Source of the DNA: a virus
Taxonomy: Duplodnaviria > Caudoviricetes
Virus record (IMG/VR): IMGVR_UViG_3300035422_000096
Coordinates: 26,446-90,445 of that record
Strand: one strand, 5' to 3'
DNA: 64,000 nucleotides
A program made the translations under genes and the position numbers. Position 1 is the stretch's first letter, and each line of letters opens with the position of its first letter. The notes under the pieces are model-generated. The model saw only the letters and a program-made list of their open reading frames with translations. It was not told the origin of the DNA and ran no database searches. Shown piece by piece: positions 27,398 to 36,940 of this stretch.

Positions 27398-27472
27398 TGC
27401 TGAAAGCACAGGAGTCGAACCTGTTATTTGATGGGTATGAGCCATCCGTGATAATCCGTTTCACTCGCCAGC
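27398..27472 (-). tRNA. tRNA-CAT (Met or Ile2) with irregular acceptor stem
   Basis: GATGG-CT-CAT-AC-CCATC anticodon arm, ACAGG-TTCGACT-CCTGT T arm; 3' acceptor strand is 9 nt (GCTTTCAGC) against GCTGGCG. Confidence 0.7.
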
Positions 27473-27474
27473 AA

Positions 27475-27547
27475 TGCGTCTATTGGGACTCGAACCAAAA
27501 ACCTATCGGTTAAAAGCCGATTACTCTACCAATTGAGTTATAGACAC
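27475..27547 (-). tRNA. tRNA-Lys(TTT)
   Basis: GTGTCTA/TAGACGC acceptor, ATCGG-CT-TTT-AA-CCGAT; one mismatch in the T stem. Confidence 0.9.
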
Positions 27548-27552
27548 AAAAA

Positions 27553-27969
27553 AGAACAAATGACGATACTGCAAGAATAGCAGCACCGCCACCTGTATAA
27601 GAGATGTACTCCTTATAAACGCCTCTGATTCAGGATAACTCTCGTATAATATTATAGGGGAGTTAGAATCAAAATCTACTTCCAGAGCATGTGAAGTCGT
27701 ACAGTCTCGCTTGGTGAACTTAACTGGTCTATATCACGTTTCACAAGTTTTTCATGTAACATCACACCAACTAAAATATAGTCACATGTTAGACGAAAAC
27801 AATTTGGGATAATCGAGAACCATCTAATCAATTTAAATGTCCTATAGACGATGTTTCAATGCTGGCAATAAATTAGTACCGATGTACTTTTGACAGGTAA
27901 TCTCAACCTAAATATTTCAAATTACAACCTTTGTTTGTTCAAACCACGTAGGATAAATCATTGTTCTGT
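27553..27969 (-). ncRNA. Large structured ncRNA (~415 nt), ROOL-like candidate
   Basis: ORF-free; ends pair (27958-27967 with 27553-27563); many internal helices; TATAAT at 27976-27981 (minus); abuts tRNA-Lys. Structure is seen, family name is inference. Confidence 0.6.
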
Positions 27970-28031
27970 TTTTATATTATAGCCCACAATTCCTAGAGGT
28001 TATTGTGGTACATTCCGAGGAAAGATAAATT

Positions 28032-28334
28032 TTATTGTTTATCGAAATATCCATTCAATTTTCTATTATAATATCTTGTAATTTTAGGCTTTGCCCAAAT
28101 TCTGGACTTACAAACTATATCATCATATGTATGAATTTCTTTTTCTGGAAGATAATTACATTCCAAACTTAATCCATCCATTAATTTAACAGTCATGTTT
28201 TCTGATGAGGTAGTAGAAGATAAATAGTCGAAAACAATTTTCTCTGCCGTTTTAAATATTTTTCGGACTGTCGCTATATCTATATCTTCTCTATTTGCTA
28301 TTTGTTTTACTAGATTTTCCTGTGTAACAATCAA
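28032..28334 (-). CDS. Divergent HU/IHF-like DNA-binding protein
   Basis: N-terminal TQENLVKQIANREDID..VRKIF helix pair and C-terminal AKPKITR strand. Confidence 0.55.
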   Translation of the reverse strand: MIVTQENLVKQIANREDIDIATVRKIFKTAEKIVFDYLSSTTSSENMTVKLMDGLSLECNYLPEKEIHTYDDIVCKSRIWAKPKITRYYNRKLNGYFDKQ

Positions 28335-28541
28335 ATAAGCATCATACCTCCAATCTGGTATCGAATTCGATTCGCGAGAATCATATCTTGCTTTGTAAAA
28401 AATAACATCGTATTTCCTCCATACTTAGTTATGTGTGATATGTTGCTTCTCTTATACACACATTTCATAGTCCACTATAAATGGGTTATTTATTTTAGAG
28501 TATTTTATTTAGACCATAAATAATGGACTATTTTTCAAGAT

Positions 28542-31280
28542 TCACATAAGTGGAATTTTATTATTTTTCTTTCTTTCTCTATCCCACTTTCTTCTATATT
28601 CCTTTTTGCATGAATCACATCTTGTAGATTTTGATTCAATAGGTAATTCAATCCATTCTCCACAATCAATACATTGAATAAATTTAGTTTTCTTTATTTC
28701 AATATTTTTCTCCAAACTATTTACTGCATATTGACCATAGCAGAACCAAAGTAATTGTTTATAACGCTTACCTTTTCCATATAAATATTCTAATAACATA
28801 TCTGTGATGGTTTCTTCTGAATATCCAAACCTAGCAAATTCATCTCGAATTTTGCAAGCAATATATCTAAGATTATCTATATATTCATCTTTCATATTGA
28901 TCATATAACGGTATTGTTTGTTTAACTCGTCATATAAATCCGAAACTTCTTTACTACAAATAATCTGAGGATTAGACATCATATACTTATAATTGATAGT
29001 ATCTAACTTCAAGCCACGAGTATTTATTGGCTTATTTGGAATCCTGTCATATATCTTATTTACAAAACTTTCATTACGCTTTTTTACCTGAGACTTTTCT
29101 TTATCTTTCGCATATTCAAAGAATGCTGGTAATTTACAGTTTGTATATTTAGCAATCTGTTCGTTTATTTCGTGAGGAAATTCTGGCTTATATAAAGTCT
29201 TGGCGTAATCAATCACAAAATTATTTTGACAGCATAATCTTTTTACACAATCAATCGCTTCTGATTTTTCAGCGTCAGTACCAAATGTAAACACCTCATT
29301 ATTCCATATCTTAGAAATATTATTACTATAAATGCCAATATTCCCACCTGTGAAAGCAGCATTAAGTCCAGCATAGATATTCTTATTATTAAGCTGAGTA
29401 GGTTCTGCCTTTCGCATATTATAATAAAGGGGAACAATGCCATTCATATTGCGTTCTGCAATTCTTACAAAATCTTGATCAGCTACAACGAGACTTTTAT
29501 CTCCATCAACATCATACATTAGTATTTTACTGATTAAATCATGTGTACTAGCATATATACCATCCGTAGTAAACCATTCTCGAATTAATTTAGATCTATC
29601 ACCATAAACCTCATTAGCAACATTAAATCTAATAGCATGTTCTTTATACAAATGAGGACTTCTCAAACAATCCAACTTTTCATATCGCTTAAATAACCAA
29701 CAAAATACTTCTTTGTCACTTAATAAGCCAGTAGGAGTGTCAATATGTCCAAACCAAAACTCACAAGCAGCGTAGAAGTCAGGAAGTAAAAATGTATATT
29801 TCCCATTTACCTCAAGTTTTCCACTACGATATTTTTTCAAGAGACTATTCTTTACTTCGCGGATCACATCTTTAGCATATGAATCATTGAGCAGAGCTGG
29901 ATACATTTTTACAGCCTTTTGAAAAGCAGTCATATTCGTATTGTATGGTGTAATTCCCAAAATATCCATCATAGTATCTTTAGACGAACAAACATTACTA
30001 ATGCGTTCAGATGATTTTTGAATTAGTAAATCAATCTCATCATCAGAAATATTTGTAAGCGTCTGAAGCATCTGGTAATTTATTTTAGCATTTTTAATTC
30101 TGTCTTCTTCAACATTACATTTACCAGCACTACAATGATATTTTTTAAATGAATCCTTATATTCGTCCCATGAGTCATAGAATTTTGCCATCTTAAATTG
30201 GGATTTTGTGAAGATAATCTGTATATCTTCTTTAATAACATCATGCTCCTGACCATAAATATCTATGATAATAGGAGAGTAGTCATTAACTTCTATAAAC
30301 TTCCTAAAATTAAACACACCTAATAAACCCTTAATCCAAGGCGCACGAAACATGAAATTTTTACTAGAAACTGATGGAAGGATCATGCCAGCTCCATCTG
30401 TATGAGGAATTGGCACATAATCCGTTTTTCTCGTAATCGAGTAATCCGTTTCATCCACAAAGTCGAAAATGCCATATACATCAGTTTCAAAATCATCCAC
30501 CACAATAGACTTGTCAATGTTAAATTCTTTCCACTCATCAGTAGCAGAATTAGTTAAAGCCATATAAGCTAAGTGTTTATTGACGTTATTTCCACCTTTT
30601 GAGTTAATTTTATCTATTGTAAGACCACACATAACAGTCTTTTCTATTTCATTCCATACAGATTCTTTAATGAATACCGCTTTCTTTTTTCGAATCTGTC
30701 CAGCAGAAGATGTAAAATATTTATATTTCTCGCCTTTATATGTAAACCCGTAAAAAGATATATCTTTAAATACGTCAAAATAATAAACCTGTACCACAAT
30801 CAAAACATCTGTTAATTCATCTTGCTTAATATCAATAGTACGACTAAGAGCAGAATCAAATACGGATATAATGTTTGTATCGTTCAAACTATCTTCTTTG
30901 ATGGTGCGAAGATGATCTTTCCCGTCTGTCAACTCATTCTGATTCATTTTGTTAGATAGAAGAGTAAGTAACTTTTTTTTTGATTCCTTCGCCTTTTCTC
31001 GTTTGTGCCTAATTAGTCTTGACCAATGTAAATATTCAGAAACAGTGTTATAAGAAGATTCAATGATGTCAACTTCTTCTGTCTTGTCATTTTTCAGATT
31101 CTTAATATCGTCTTCTGTATATCCAAACTGTTTTAATTGTCTTTCAATTTCTGGTAGATTATTTTGAACATAATTACGTTCTCTACGATATTTACAATTC
31201 ATATCATGTAAATATTTCTCGTGATTGCTGTAAAAATGTCCAGTATCTACAGAATACATATTATATTGTTTATCTAGCAA
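28542..31280 (-). CDS. yonO: Single-subunit RNA polymerase, YonO-like (RdRP-related double-psi fold)
   Basis: 912 aa; catalytic YDVDGD (DxDGD), LRSPHL, HTDGAG, FRAPWIKG motifs; C-terminal CxxC..CxxC. Confidence 0.85.
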   Translation of the reverse strand: MLDKQYNMYSVDTGHFYSNHEKYLHDMNCKYRRERNYVQNNLPEIERQLKQFGYTEDDIKNLKNDKTEEVDIIESSYNTVSEYLHWSRLIRHKREKAKESKKKLLTLLSNKMNQNELTDGKDHLRTIKEDSLNDTNIISVFDSALSRTIDIKQDELTDVLIVVQVYYFDVFKDISFYGFTYKGEKYKYFTSSAGQIRKKKAVFIKESVWNEIEKTVMCGLTIDKINSKGGNNVNKHLAYMALTNSATDEWKEFNIDKSIVVDDFETDVYGIFDFVDETDYSITRKTDYVPIPHTDGAGMILPSVSSKNFMFRAPWIKGLLGVFNFRKFIEVNDYSPIIIDIYGQEHDVIKEDIQIIFTKSQFKMAKFYDSWDEYKDSFKKYHCSAGKCNVEEDRIKNAKINYQMLQTLTNISDDEIDLLIQKSSERISNVCSSKDTMMDILGITPYNTNMTAFQKAVKMYPALLNDSYAKDVIREVKNSLLKKYRSGKLEVNGKYTFLLPDFYAACEFWFGHIDTPTGLLSDKEVFCWLFKRYEKLDCLRSPHLYKEHAIRFNVANEVYGDRSKLIREWFTTDGIYASTHDLISKILMYDVDGDKSLVVADQDFVRIAERNMNGIVPLYYNMRKAEPTQLNNKNIYAGLNAAFTGGNIGIYSNNISKIWNNEVFTFGTDAEKSEAIDCVKRLCCQNNFVIDYAKTLYKPEFPHEINEQIAKYTNCKLPAFFEYAKDKEKSQVKKRNESFVNKIYDRIPNKPINTRGLKLDTINYKYMMSNPQIICSKEVSDLYDELNKQYRYMINMKDEYIDNLRYIACKIRDEFARFGYSEETITDMLLEYLYGKGKRYKQLLWFCYGQYAVNSLEKNIEIKKTKFIQCIDCGEWIELPIESKSTRCDSCKKEYRRKWDRERKKNNKIPLM

Positions 31281-31292
31281 TTCGTACCTCCA

Positions 31293-32102
31293 TTAAATTC
31301 CATTACATTCCCAAAAATCTTCCATAGAATCATATCCATGTCCTACAATTGAATCACAAAACATTTCATATCCACAAAAAGAATCATCTGCATCACTGCG
31401 ACAACTATCATAGTTATCACAATCTGCACATATCGGAATTTGTTCAGGAGAGTATTCACTATCTTCGCAATTTTTATATTTACATTGTGCCCAATGTTTT
31501 ATAAAATCATCTTCGTCAGATATTTTTTCTTCTTCAATTCTTGTATCATATTTATCGAGACATTCTTCACATATACTATTTGAATAATCATCACCCCATA
31601 TAATACAATCATCACAAAAATACTCGTGACAATCATAACAAAATGGGATTTCATAACTATCATATAGTAAATCTTTGTCTTGCTGTTCATTTGTAATTAA
31701 TGGTGTTACATTTTCTCTATACTCATTTGAATCATTAAATGTATATCCAATTAATTTTCCACAACAGTGGCAATATAGAGGTTCCCTTTTAGTTATAATA
31801 GGATAAGATGACTGAAGCATTTCAAATACTTTTGACATGATCTTTCTGCTACCTTTAAAAATATTTGCATAATATCCATCGTTTAATACATAACAATTTT
31901 TGAAAAATTGTTGTGTATATATGAAATTAATACTAACAGACAAATTATTATGATTAATACATAATTCAATAAATTCATTTTCTTTAAAAATATTGATTTT
32001 ATAGTCTTTTATATTGAAATGCGCGAATAAATCTTCTTTCAATTTACAAATATCATTTTCATAAAGATAAAACATGATACTTTTATACTTGTATTTCTTC
32101 AT
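31293..32102 (-). CDS. Hypothetical protein with Cys-rich acidic C-terminus
   Basis: 269 aa, numerous CxxC; RBS GAAGGTG. Confidence 0.65.
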   Translation of the reverse strand: MKKYKYKSIMFYLYENDICKLKEDLFAHFNIKDYKINIFKENEFIELCINHNNLSVSINFIYTQQFFKNCYVLNDGYYANIFKGSRKIMSKVFEMLQSSYPIITKREPLYCHCCGKLIGYTFNDSNEYRENVTPLITNEQQDKDLLYDSYEIPFCYDCHEYFCDDCIIWGDDYSNSICEECLDKYDTRIEEEKISDEDDFIKHWAQCKYKNCEDSEYSPEQIPICADCDNYDSCRSDADDSFCGYEMFCDSIVGHGYDSMEDFWECNGI

Positions 32103-32137
32103 CTAAACACCTTCCTTTCATTGAACCAATGAAATTT

Positions 32138-32971
32138 CTATTCTAAGTCATTATCCTCGAAATTATTATTATCGAGCAATGACTGATATTTTTTTGCAAG
32201 CAGCTTTCGTCTTTCTTCATAATCATACATTTCCTGAAGACGGATCAAATCTGTATCAAACTTTTCCAACTCAGCGACCATCTGGAGTTCAAAGTTATTA
32301 AAATGGTTCCTTACAGGCTCATCTTTAGGCAGACAGTGTTTAAAACGATAGTCTGATGCACTCATGCCAATAATGATTTCGTTAAGTAAGTTAGCTTCTC
32401 CCATAAATACTCCCTGATCACCACGCTTTTTACACCAGTCTGGCATTGTAGGCATCAGTTCCTTTTTGGATAGGTTAATAATCTTGCGATAATTCTTGTA
32501 ATGTTCTAAAGTTTCCCATCTATCAATATTCCACAAGCGTCTTACTTTAAACGCTTTGTCAATAGCGATAAAATATTTACGGGAAATGCGCCCAATTTTA
32601 TTATTCTCTACCATAGACAATTCCTTTGCCACATCAAGAGTAAGAGAGTAGTCAGTAATATTATGACCACCTCTACCTTTGCTCGCCCGTTTTGGCGAGC
32701 AAAACTTATAATCCTCATTCTCGATAAATTCATATTTATTAATTCTACCTTTTATCCAATTTGTGAAATCTTTACCAACTTTCAATTCCTTATGTAATGT
32801 CCTCGCATCAATCCAGGAACCATCTTCTTGCTGTAACACAGGAAGCAACTTTTGATAATCTAATATAATTTTAACTTCAGACTCCTTCAAATCTCCATTT
32901 TTGACATATTGCTTCAATTCTTCTTCTTTGAAACTATTCTTTCTTAAATTATTATTGTTTTCGTTCATCAT
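32138..32971 (-). CDS. AntA/AntB-type antirepressor
   Basis: IDARTLHKELKVGKDFTNWIKGRINKYEFIENEDY..DYSLTLDVAKELSMVE. Confidence 0.85.
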   Translation of the reverse strand: MMNENNNNLRKNSFKEEELKQYVKNGDLKESEVKIILDYQKLLPVLQQEDGSWIDARTLHKELKVGKDFTNWIKGRINKYEFIENEDYKFCSPKRASKGRGGHNITDYSLTLDVAKELSMVENNKIGRISRKYFIAIDKAFKVRRLWNIDRWETLEHYKNYRKIINLSKKELMPTMPDWCKKRGDQGVFMGEANLLNEIIIGMSASDYRFKHCLPKDEPVRNHFNNFELQMVAELEKFDTDLIRLQEMYDYEERRKLLAKKYQSLLDNNNFEDNDLE

Positions 32972-32986
32972 TCTTTCCTTCCATTT

Positions 32987-33214
32987 TCAAGTTGTATTTT
33001 GCATAGTTTTAATCTTATAACCAAGCCATTCAAGTAAGTCCCTCATTCCATAAAAACATTCATAATGTCTATATTCACCATCTAAATTTTCAATATATTC
33101 TTCACCATCATAGATTCCATCACCACAAGCAGAACAATAATAACTCGCTTTTGGTGGAGTATAATTTGGACATCTATAGCTATGTCCGACGCTCCTTCCA
33201 CAAATCTCACACAA
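32987..33214 (-). CDS. Small Zn-binding hypothetical protein
   Basis: CEICG..HSYRCP..CSACG..HYEC. Confidence 0.65.
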   Translation of the reverse strand: MCEICGRSVGHSYRCPNYTPPKASYYCSACGDGIYDGEEYIENLDGEYRHYECFYGMRDLLEWLGYKIKTMQNTT

Positions 33215-33216
33215 TC

Positions 33217-33651
33217 TTATGCCACACCTCCAATATTATACTTCTCTATTTGTTCATGAACATAACCATCGTTAGTGGTATAGTAAATATCTCTGATTCC
33301 TAAGTCTTTAATAGCTGCCATACAGGAAGGGCATGGGCGAGATAATCCAAACGGTTGATCCTTCCTGATGCGATATATGTACAATTTTACTTTTGCAAAA
33401 TTAATATCTAAATTCTTAATAGAATTAATGCAATTAATCTCAGCATGTAACTTTGGTAACAAAGAATCTGAAGGCTTTCTATATCTATTATAAAATTTTT
33501 GAGTTGGATGGGTTTTATTGCAATTGCATCCGATGCCAATAATACTACCTTGATAAACAGCTATACACCCAATGTGGGTTTTATAATAATCAGATGTACT
33601 GGCAGTTTGCTTTGCCTTGTCAAAATATCTATAATCGTTTTTGGTTATCAT
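33217..33651 (-). CDS. Zn-dependent cytidine/dCMP deaminase-family protein
   Basis: HAE..PCPSC catalytic motifs. Confidence 0.85.
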   Translation of the reverse strand: MITKNDYRYFDKAKQTASTSDYYKTHIGCIAVYQGSIIGIGCNCNKTHPTQKFYNRYRKPSDSLLPKLHAEINCINSIKNLDINFAKVKLYIYRIRKDQPFGLSRPCPSCMAAIKDLGIRDIYYTTNDGYVHEQIEKYNIGGVA

Positions 33652-34038
33652 TTATCCTGCCAGTCTTTCCTGCTCAAATAACTCATTACCACGCTCAAAA
33701 CATGCTAATTCATATTCATAACGTTCTACAAAACGGTCAAAATATTTTTTGTCTGTTTCCATATCAGCAACATTAGCAGCCTGATATACAATTCTGCAAA
33801 TGTTTTCTATAATCGTATCTTTGGTTCCTGAAATGTATTGTGTATCTACTTTTTTAGAAGATAACCTCATCCGATCTTCAATATCAGTATTTCTCAACCA
33901 CATAGATAGCGAATATTTATCTTTCTTTTTATCAAAGTAATATGCACATTCTGCGACATAACCCTTATATCCCCAATTAGATAAATTGATTTCAACAGTC
34001 TGTCCTTTACATTTTGGCTTCATCATTTCTTTTAACAT
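33652..34038 (-). CDS. Hypothetical protein
   Basis: Start MLKEMMKPK behind GGAGG. Confidence 0.65.
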   Translation of the reverse strand: MLKEMMKPKCKGQTVEINLSNWGYKGYVAECAYYFDKKKDKYSLSMWLRNTDIEDRMRLSSKKVDTQYISGTKDTIIENICRIVYQAANVADMETDKKYFDRFVERYEYELACFERGNELFEQERLAG

Positions 34039-34175
34039 TTTTAAATATCCTCCATAATTTAAGTTGTACGTTAGAATTTTCAGGTTAATTATGTTCATTG
34101 ATATTTTTATCATTGAATTTGTTATAATTTTCTACGCTAATATACATCATTGAATTTCTGGCAAATAACGGTATC

Positions 34176-34535
34176 TCAGTTGTGTTTGCTTGCCTGATAT
34201 TTTCTCATACGTTCACCAGCAGCAATTTTCTGTTCTTCAGATAGTTCTCTTTTCTTTGCTCTAAAACTGATAAGAGTTTTATCTTCAACACGATATGTCT
34301 TACCTCTACCTGTATCAGCGGTGAGAGAGTACATATCTGGACTTGTCTTACATAATTTATCTAACTTTGTCATATATGTAGTATCTGAGGTATAGATTGT
34401 GGCATAATCTTCATCTCTCATAAAATTGATACATACTTCCTGTTCTGAAACGGATACTGAATTTGATAGTTTTGGCTCATCAATAGTTATTTCTTCATTT
34501 TCATCAATGTTTATGTATCCAGATTTACTTGCCAT
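34176..34535 (-). CDS. Hypothetical protein
   Basis: Start MASKSG; 119 aa. Confidence 0.65.
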   Translation of the reverse strand: MASKSGYINIDENEEITIDEPKLSNSVSVSEQEVCINFMRDEDYATIYTSDTTYMTKLDKLCKTSPDMYSLTADTGRGKTYRVEDKTLISFRAKKRELSEEQKIAAGERMRKYQASKHN

Positions 34536-34743
34536 AATTTTTATTCCTTTCAATACCTTCTCGATTTTTCTTCCAAAGTTTTTCTTCTCTTTGCTTATCT
34601 GTTTCTATACGACTTGCTATTTGAGATCCGTTCGTATTATCTTTTCCTCGATAATCTGTATTGAAATCGGAAGGGTAAATTAGTCCTCCAAATTTTGTGT
34701 GATCTACTTCATAAATTCCGTATCTGTTAGTTGTCTGTGTCAT
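34525..34743 (-). CDS. Hypothetical protein
   Basis: RBS AAAGGAG, 72 aa. Confidence 0.5.
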   Translation of the reverse strand: MTQTTNRYGIYEVDHTKFGGLIYPSDFNTDYRGKDNTNGSQIASRIETDKQREEKLWKKNREGIERNKNYGK

Positions 34744-34903
34744 TAGTTGCTGTAAGTTCTCCTTTTCTGTTTGATATAATTTTTGATATTACATTTGTTT
34801 TAGTTGTTGTCATAGTCTTTATTTCTCCTTTTTGGTGATAGAGTAGTAGTGGAGATGATGGATATTGATTCATGTTTACAATGCTTATTTCTATGTTGCA
34901 GAA

Positions 34904-35758
34904 TTAGTCTTGGTAAAATTTTTTACTTACATAATTTTGAGTTCTCAAGAATAAAATTCCATATTCCAATTCCTTCTCATAGTTATATTCTTCTTTTGTA
35001 CATTGAATTATTTGATTATTTCTCCATATATACCGATAAGGACAGATATAAATAATATCATCAGTGTGCCAATTATCATTGGAATCTTTATATCTTGGCA
35101 TCCTATGGGTTTTTATTAAACCAAGTTGTTCTAATACTTCTGTTGCTTTTGCAATCATTTTTCTATCACTACCTATAAAAGCAGCTATAGACTGAAACTG
35201 TGAATAAAATATTTCTGGTTTATTCTTTTTAGATTTTTCGGAATGTCCAGATGATTCATTCGTTCTGATCCAAGTAAATGCCTTTATATAAGATAACAGA
35301 AGAAATAATATACTTTTGTTAAGAGGTTTATATGGTGATTGATACTTATTTATTTCCTCTACTTCAAAATCATATAAAATACCAAAATTGTTTTTTGGAT
35401 TCATTTTTTCCATATTAATCAATGATGACTGAAAGGTATTCTGTATATATTTCTCTTTATCAAAGTCAATGATGTATCCATTTTCAAAGAACCAATCCAT
35501 GCAATCTCTAAACTTGGTAAAAATATTTTTTTCAGTACCCCTATGCCAGTTTGGTTTATACTTACACCACTGAATCATATAAATAGGAGAGTAGTGAACA
35601 ACGTTTTCCCATGTTTGGTTATAATTTAAATAGAGCAAAGCCGATAATCTGTGTTCTGGTAAAGTATTTGCCAAAATTACTTCTTTTGGAATCTTTACAA
35701 AACGATTTACTGTATCTGGTAATTCTAATGTAGCTGTTGGTGATTTATTATTCTCTAT
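34904..35758 (-). CDS. Putative DNA-binding/replication-initiator-like protein; apparent ATA start
   Basis: Frame stays open 28 codons upstream of the listed TTG to an ATA 10 nt behind GGAGG; HTH-like FQSIAAFIGSDRKMIAKATEVLEQLGLI. Confidence 0.55.
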   Translation of the reverse strand: MENNKSPTATLELPDTVNRFVKIPKEVILANTLPEHRLSALLYLNYNQTWENVVHYSPIYMIQWCKYKPNWHRGTEKNIFTKFRDCMDWFFENGYIIDFDKEKYIQNTFQSSLINMEKMNPKNNFGILYDFEVEEINKYQSPYKPLNKSILFLLLSYIKAFTWIRTNESSGHSEKSKKNKPEIFYSQFQSIAAFIGSDRKMIAKATEVLEQLGLIKTHRMPRYKDSNDNWHTDDIIYICPYRYIWRNNQIIQCTKEEYNYEKELEYGILFLRTQNYVSKKFYQD

Positions 35759-35777
35759 ATAAAAAACGCCTCCTTCC

Positions 35778-36629
35778 TTATACCCACTTAGTTTTTCTGT
35801 TTTTTACACGATCATATTCTGTTTGTAATATTTGTTTTCTCTCTTCGTATGAGTAAATTTCCTGAGAAATAATTAACTGTGCATCATATCGTTCTAATCT
35901 TTCTACATCATCTAATTGATCTTCAGAAAAATAATTTCGTATCTGTTCATTAGAAGATATATTATGTTCTTTACGATATTGAGTAGCCGACATTCCAAGT
36001 ATCACAGTATTTAATAATGAAAACTCAATAGAGTATAAATTGCCATTAGTAATCCATTCAGGAACACCATTAAGTAATTCTTCTCTTTTTGTGATCAATG
36101 CACCTCTTAATTCTTTGCAATTAATTAAGGTGTTCTTACGATTTTGATTCCAATTGGTACGATTTTTAAATGCTTTTTCTATAATAATGAAATATCTTCT
36201 AACCAAAGCTCCGATACTTGTACGCTCAACCATTGCTAACTGTTTTGCACAATCAAGAGTGAGAGAGTAGTCCAGTGTCTCTTTGGGCTGTAAACCGCTA
36301 TTTTTCACGGTTTCGTACTTTCTGGAAACCGTAAAATAATCAATCTCTTTTATCAACTGGTAAGAATTGATACGATTTTCAATCCAATCTGTAAATTTCC
36401 AACCATTATTTAATTGTTTATGTAAGTCTCTGGCATTAACCTTTGAGTCATTTCTATCAGACTGTAAAATGGGCAAAAGTGCCTGATATTCAAGGATTGT
36501 AGAGATTTCATCATCTGGCAATCCATATTGTTTTAATTCTTCCTTAGTAAATTTTCCATCTTTAAATGACTCACTTTCATATACTTTTTCTTTTCTTAGT
36601 TTTTTGGTATTTTTGTTTGTAATTCGCAT
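35778..36629 (-). CDS. AntA/AntB-type antirepressor (paralog of 32138..32971)
   Basis: VNARDLHKQL..FTDWIENRINSY..DYSLTLDCAKQLAMVE. Confidence 0.85.
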   Translation of the reverse strand: MRITNKNTKKLRKEKVYESESFKDGKFTKEELKQYGLPDDEISTILEYQALLPILQSDRNDSKVNARDLHKQLNNGWKFTDWIENRINSYQLIKEIDYFTVSRKYETVKNSGLQPKETLDYSLTLDCAKQLAMVERTSIGALVRRYFIIIEKAFKNRTNWNQNRKNTLINCKELRGALITKREELLNGVPEWITNGNLYSIEFSLLNTVILGMSATQYRKEHNISSNEQIRNYFSEDQLDDVERLERYDAQLIISQEIYSYEERKQILQTEYDRVKNRKTKWV

Positions 36630-36940
36630 AGTTTTCTTCCTTTCATTTTCTGTAATTTTTAAGGTATATCACATCAGAATGTGATATACTTGAGGGAAAA
36701 ATGGCAAAGTATATCACATTGTAGTGTGCAAAATCAGCCGTCTTTTTATAATAAGAGACTGTAATAATAAATAAAGACTACTATCGTAATGAATTATTCG
36801 TATACACTCATAATTCATTACTCTCTTAAAAACTTTTTGATTGTTGGTGGTTAGTGTTGTAATAGAGATGGTGTATATAATCTACTTCTCCAAATATTAT
36901 TTAACTTTTATTATTTTTTAAAATATATCTCATCTATAAT

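Noticed and set aside
28202-28240. Second hammerhead (CTGATGAG...CGAAA)
   Set aside because: Stem II pairs poorly, there is no stem III or NUH site, and it lies antisense within a coding gene
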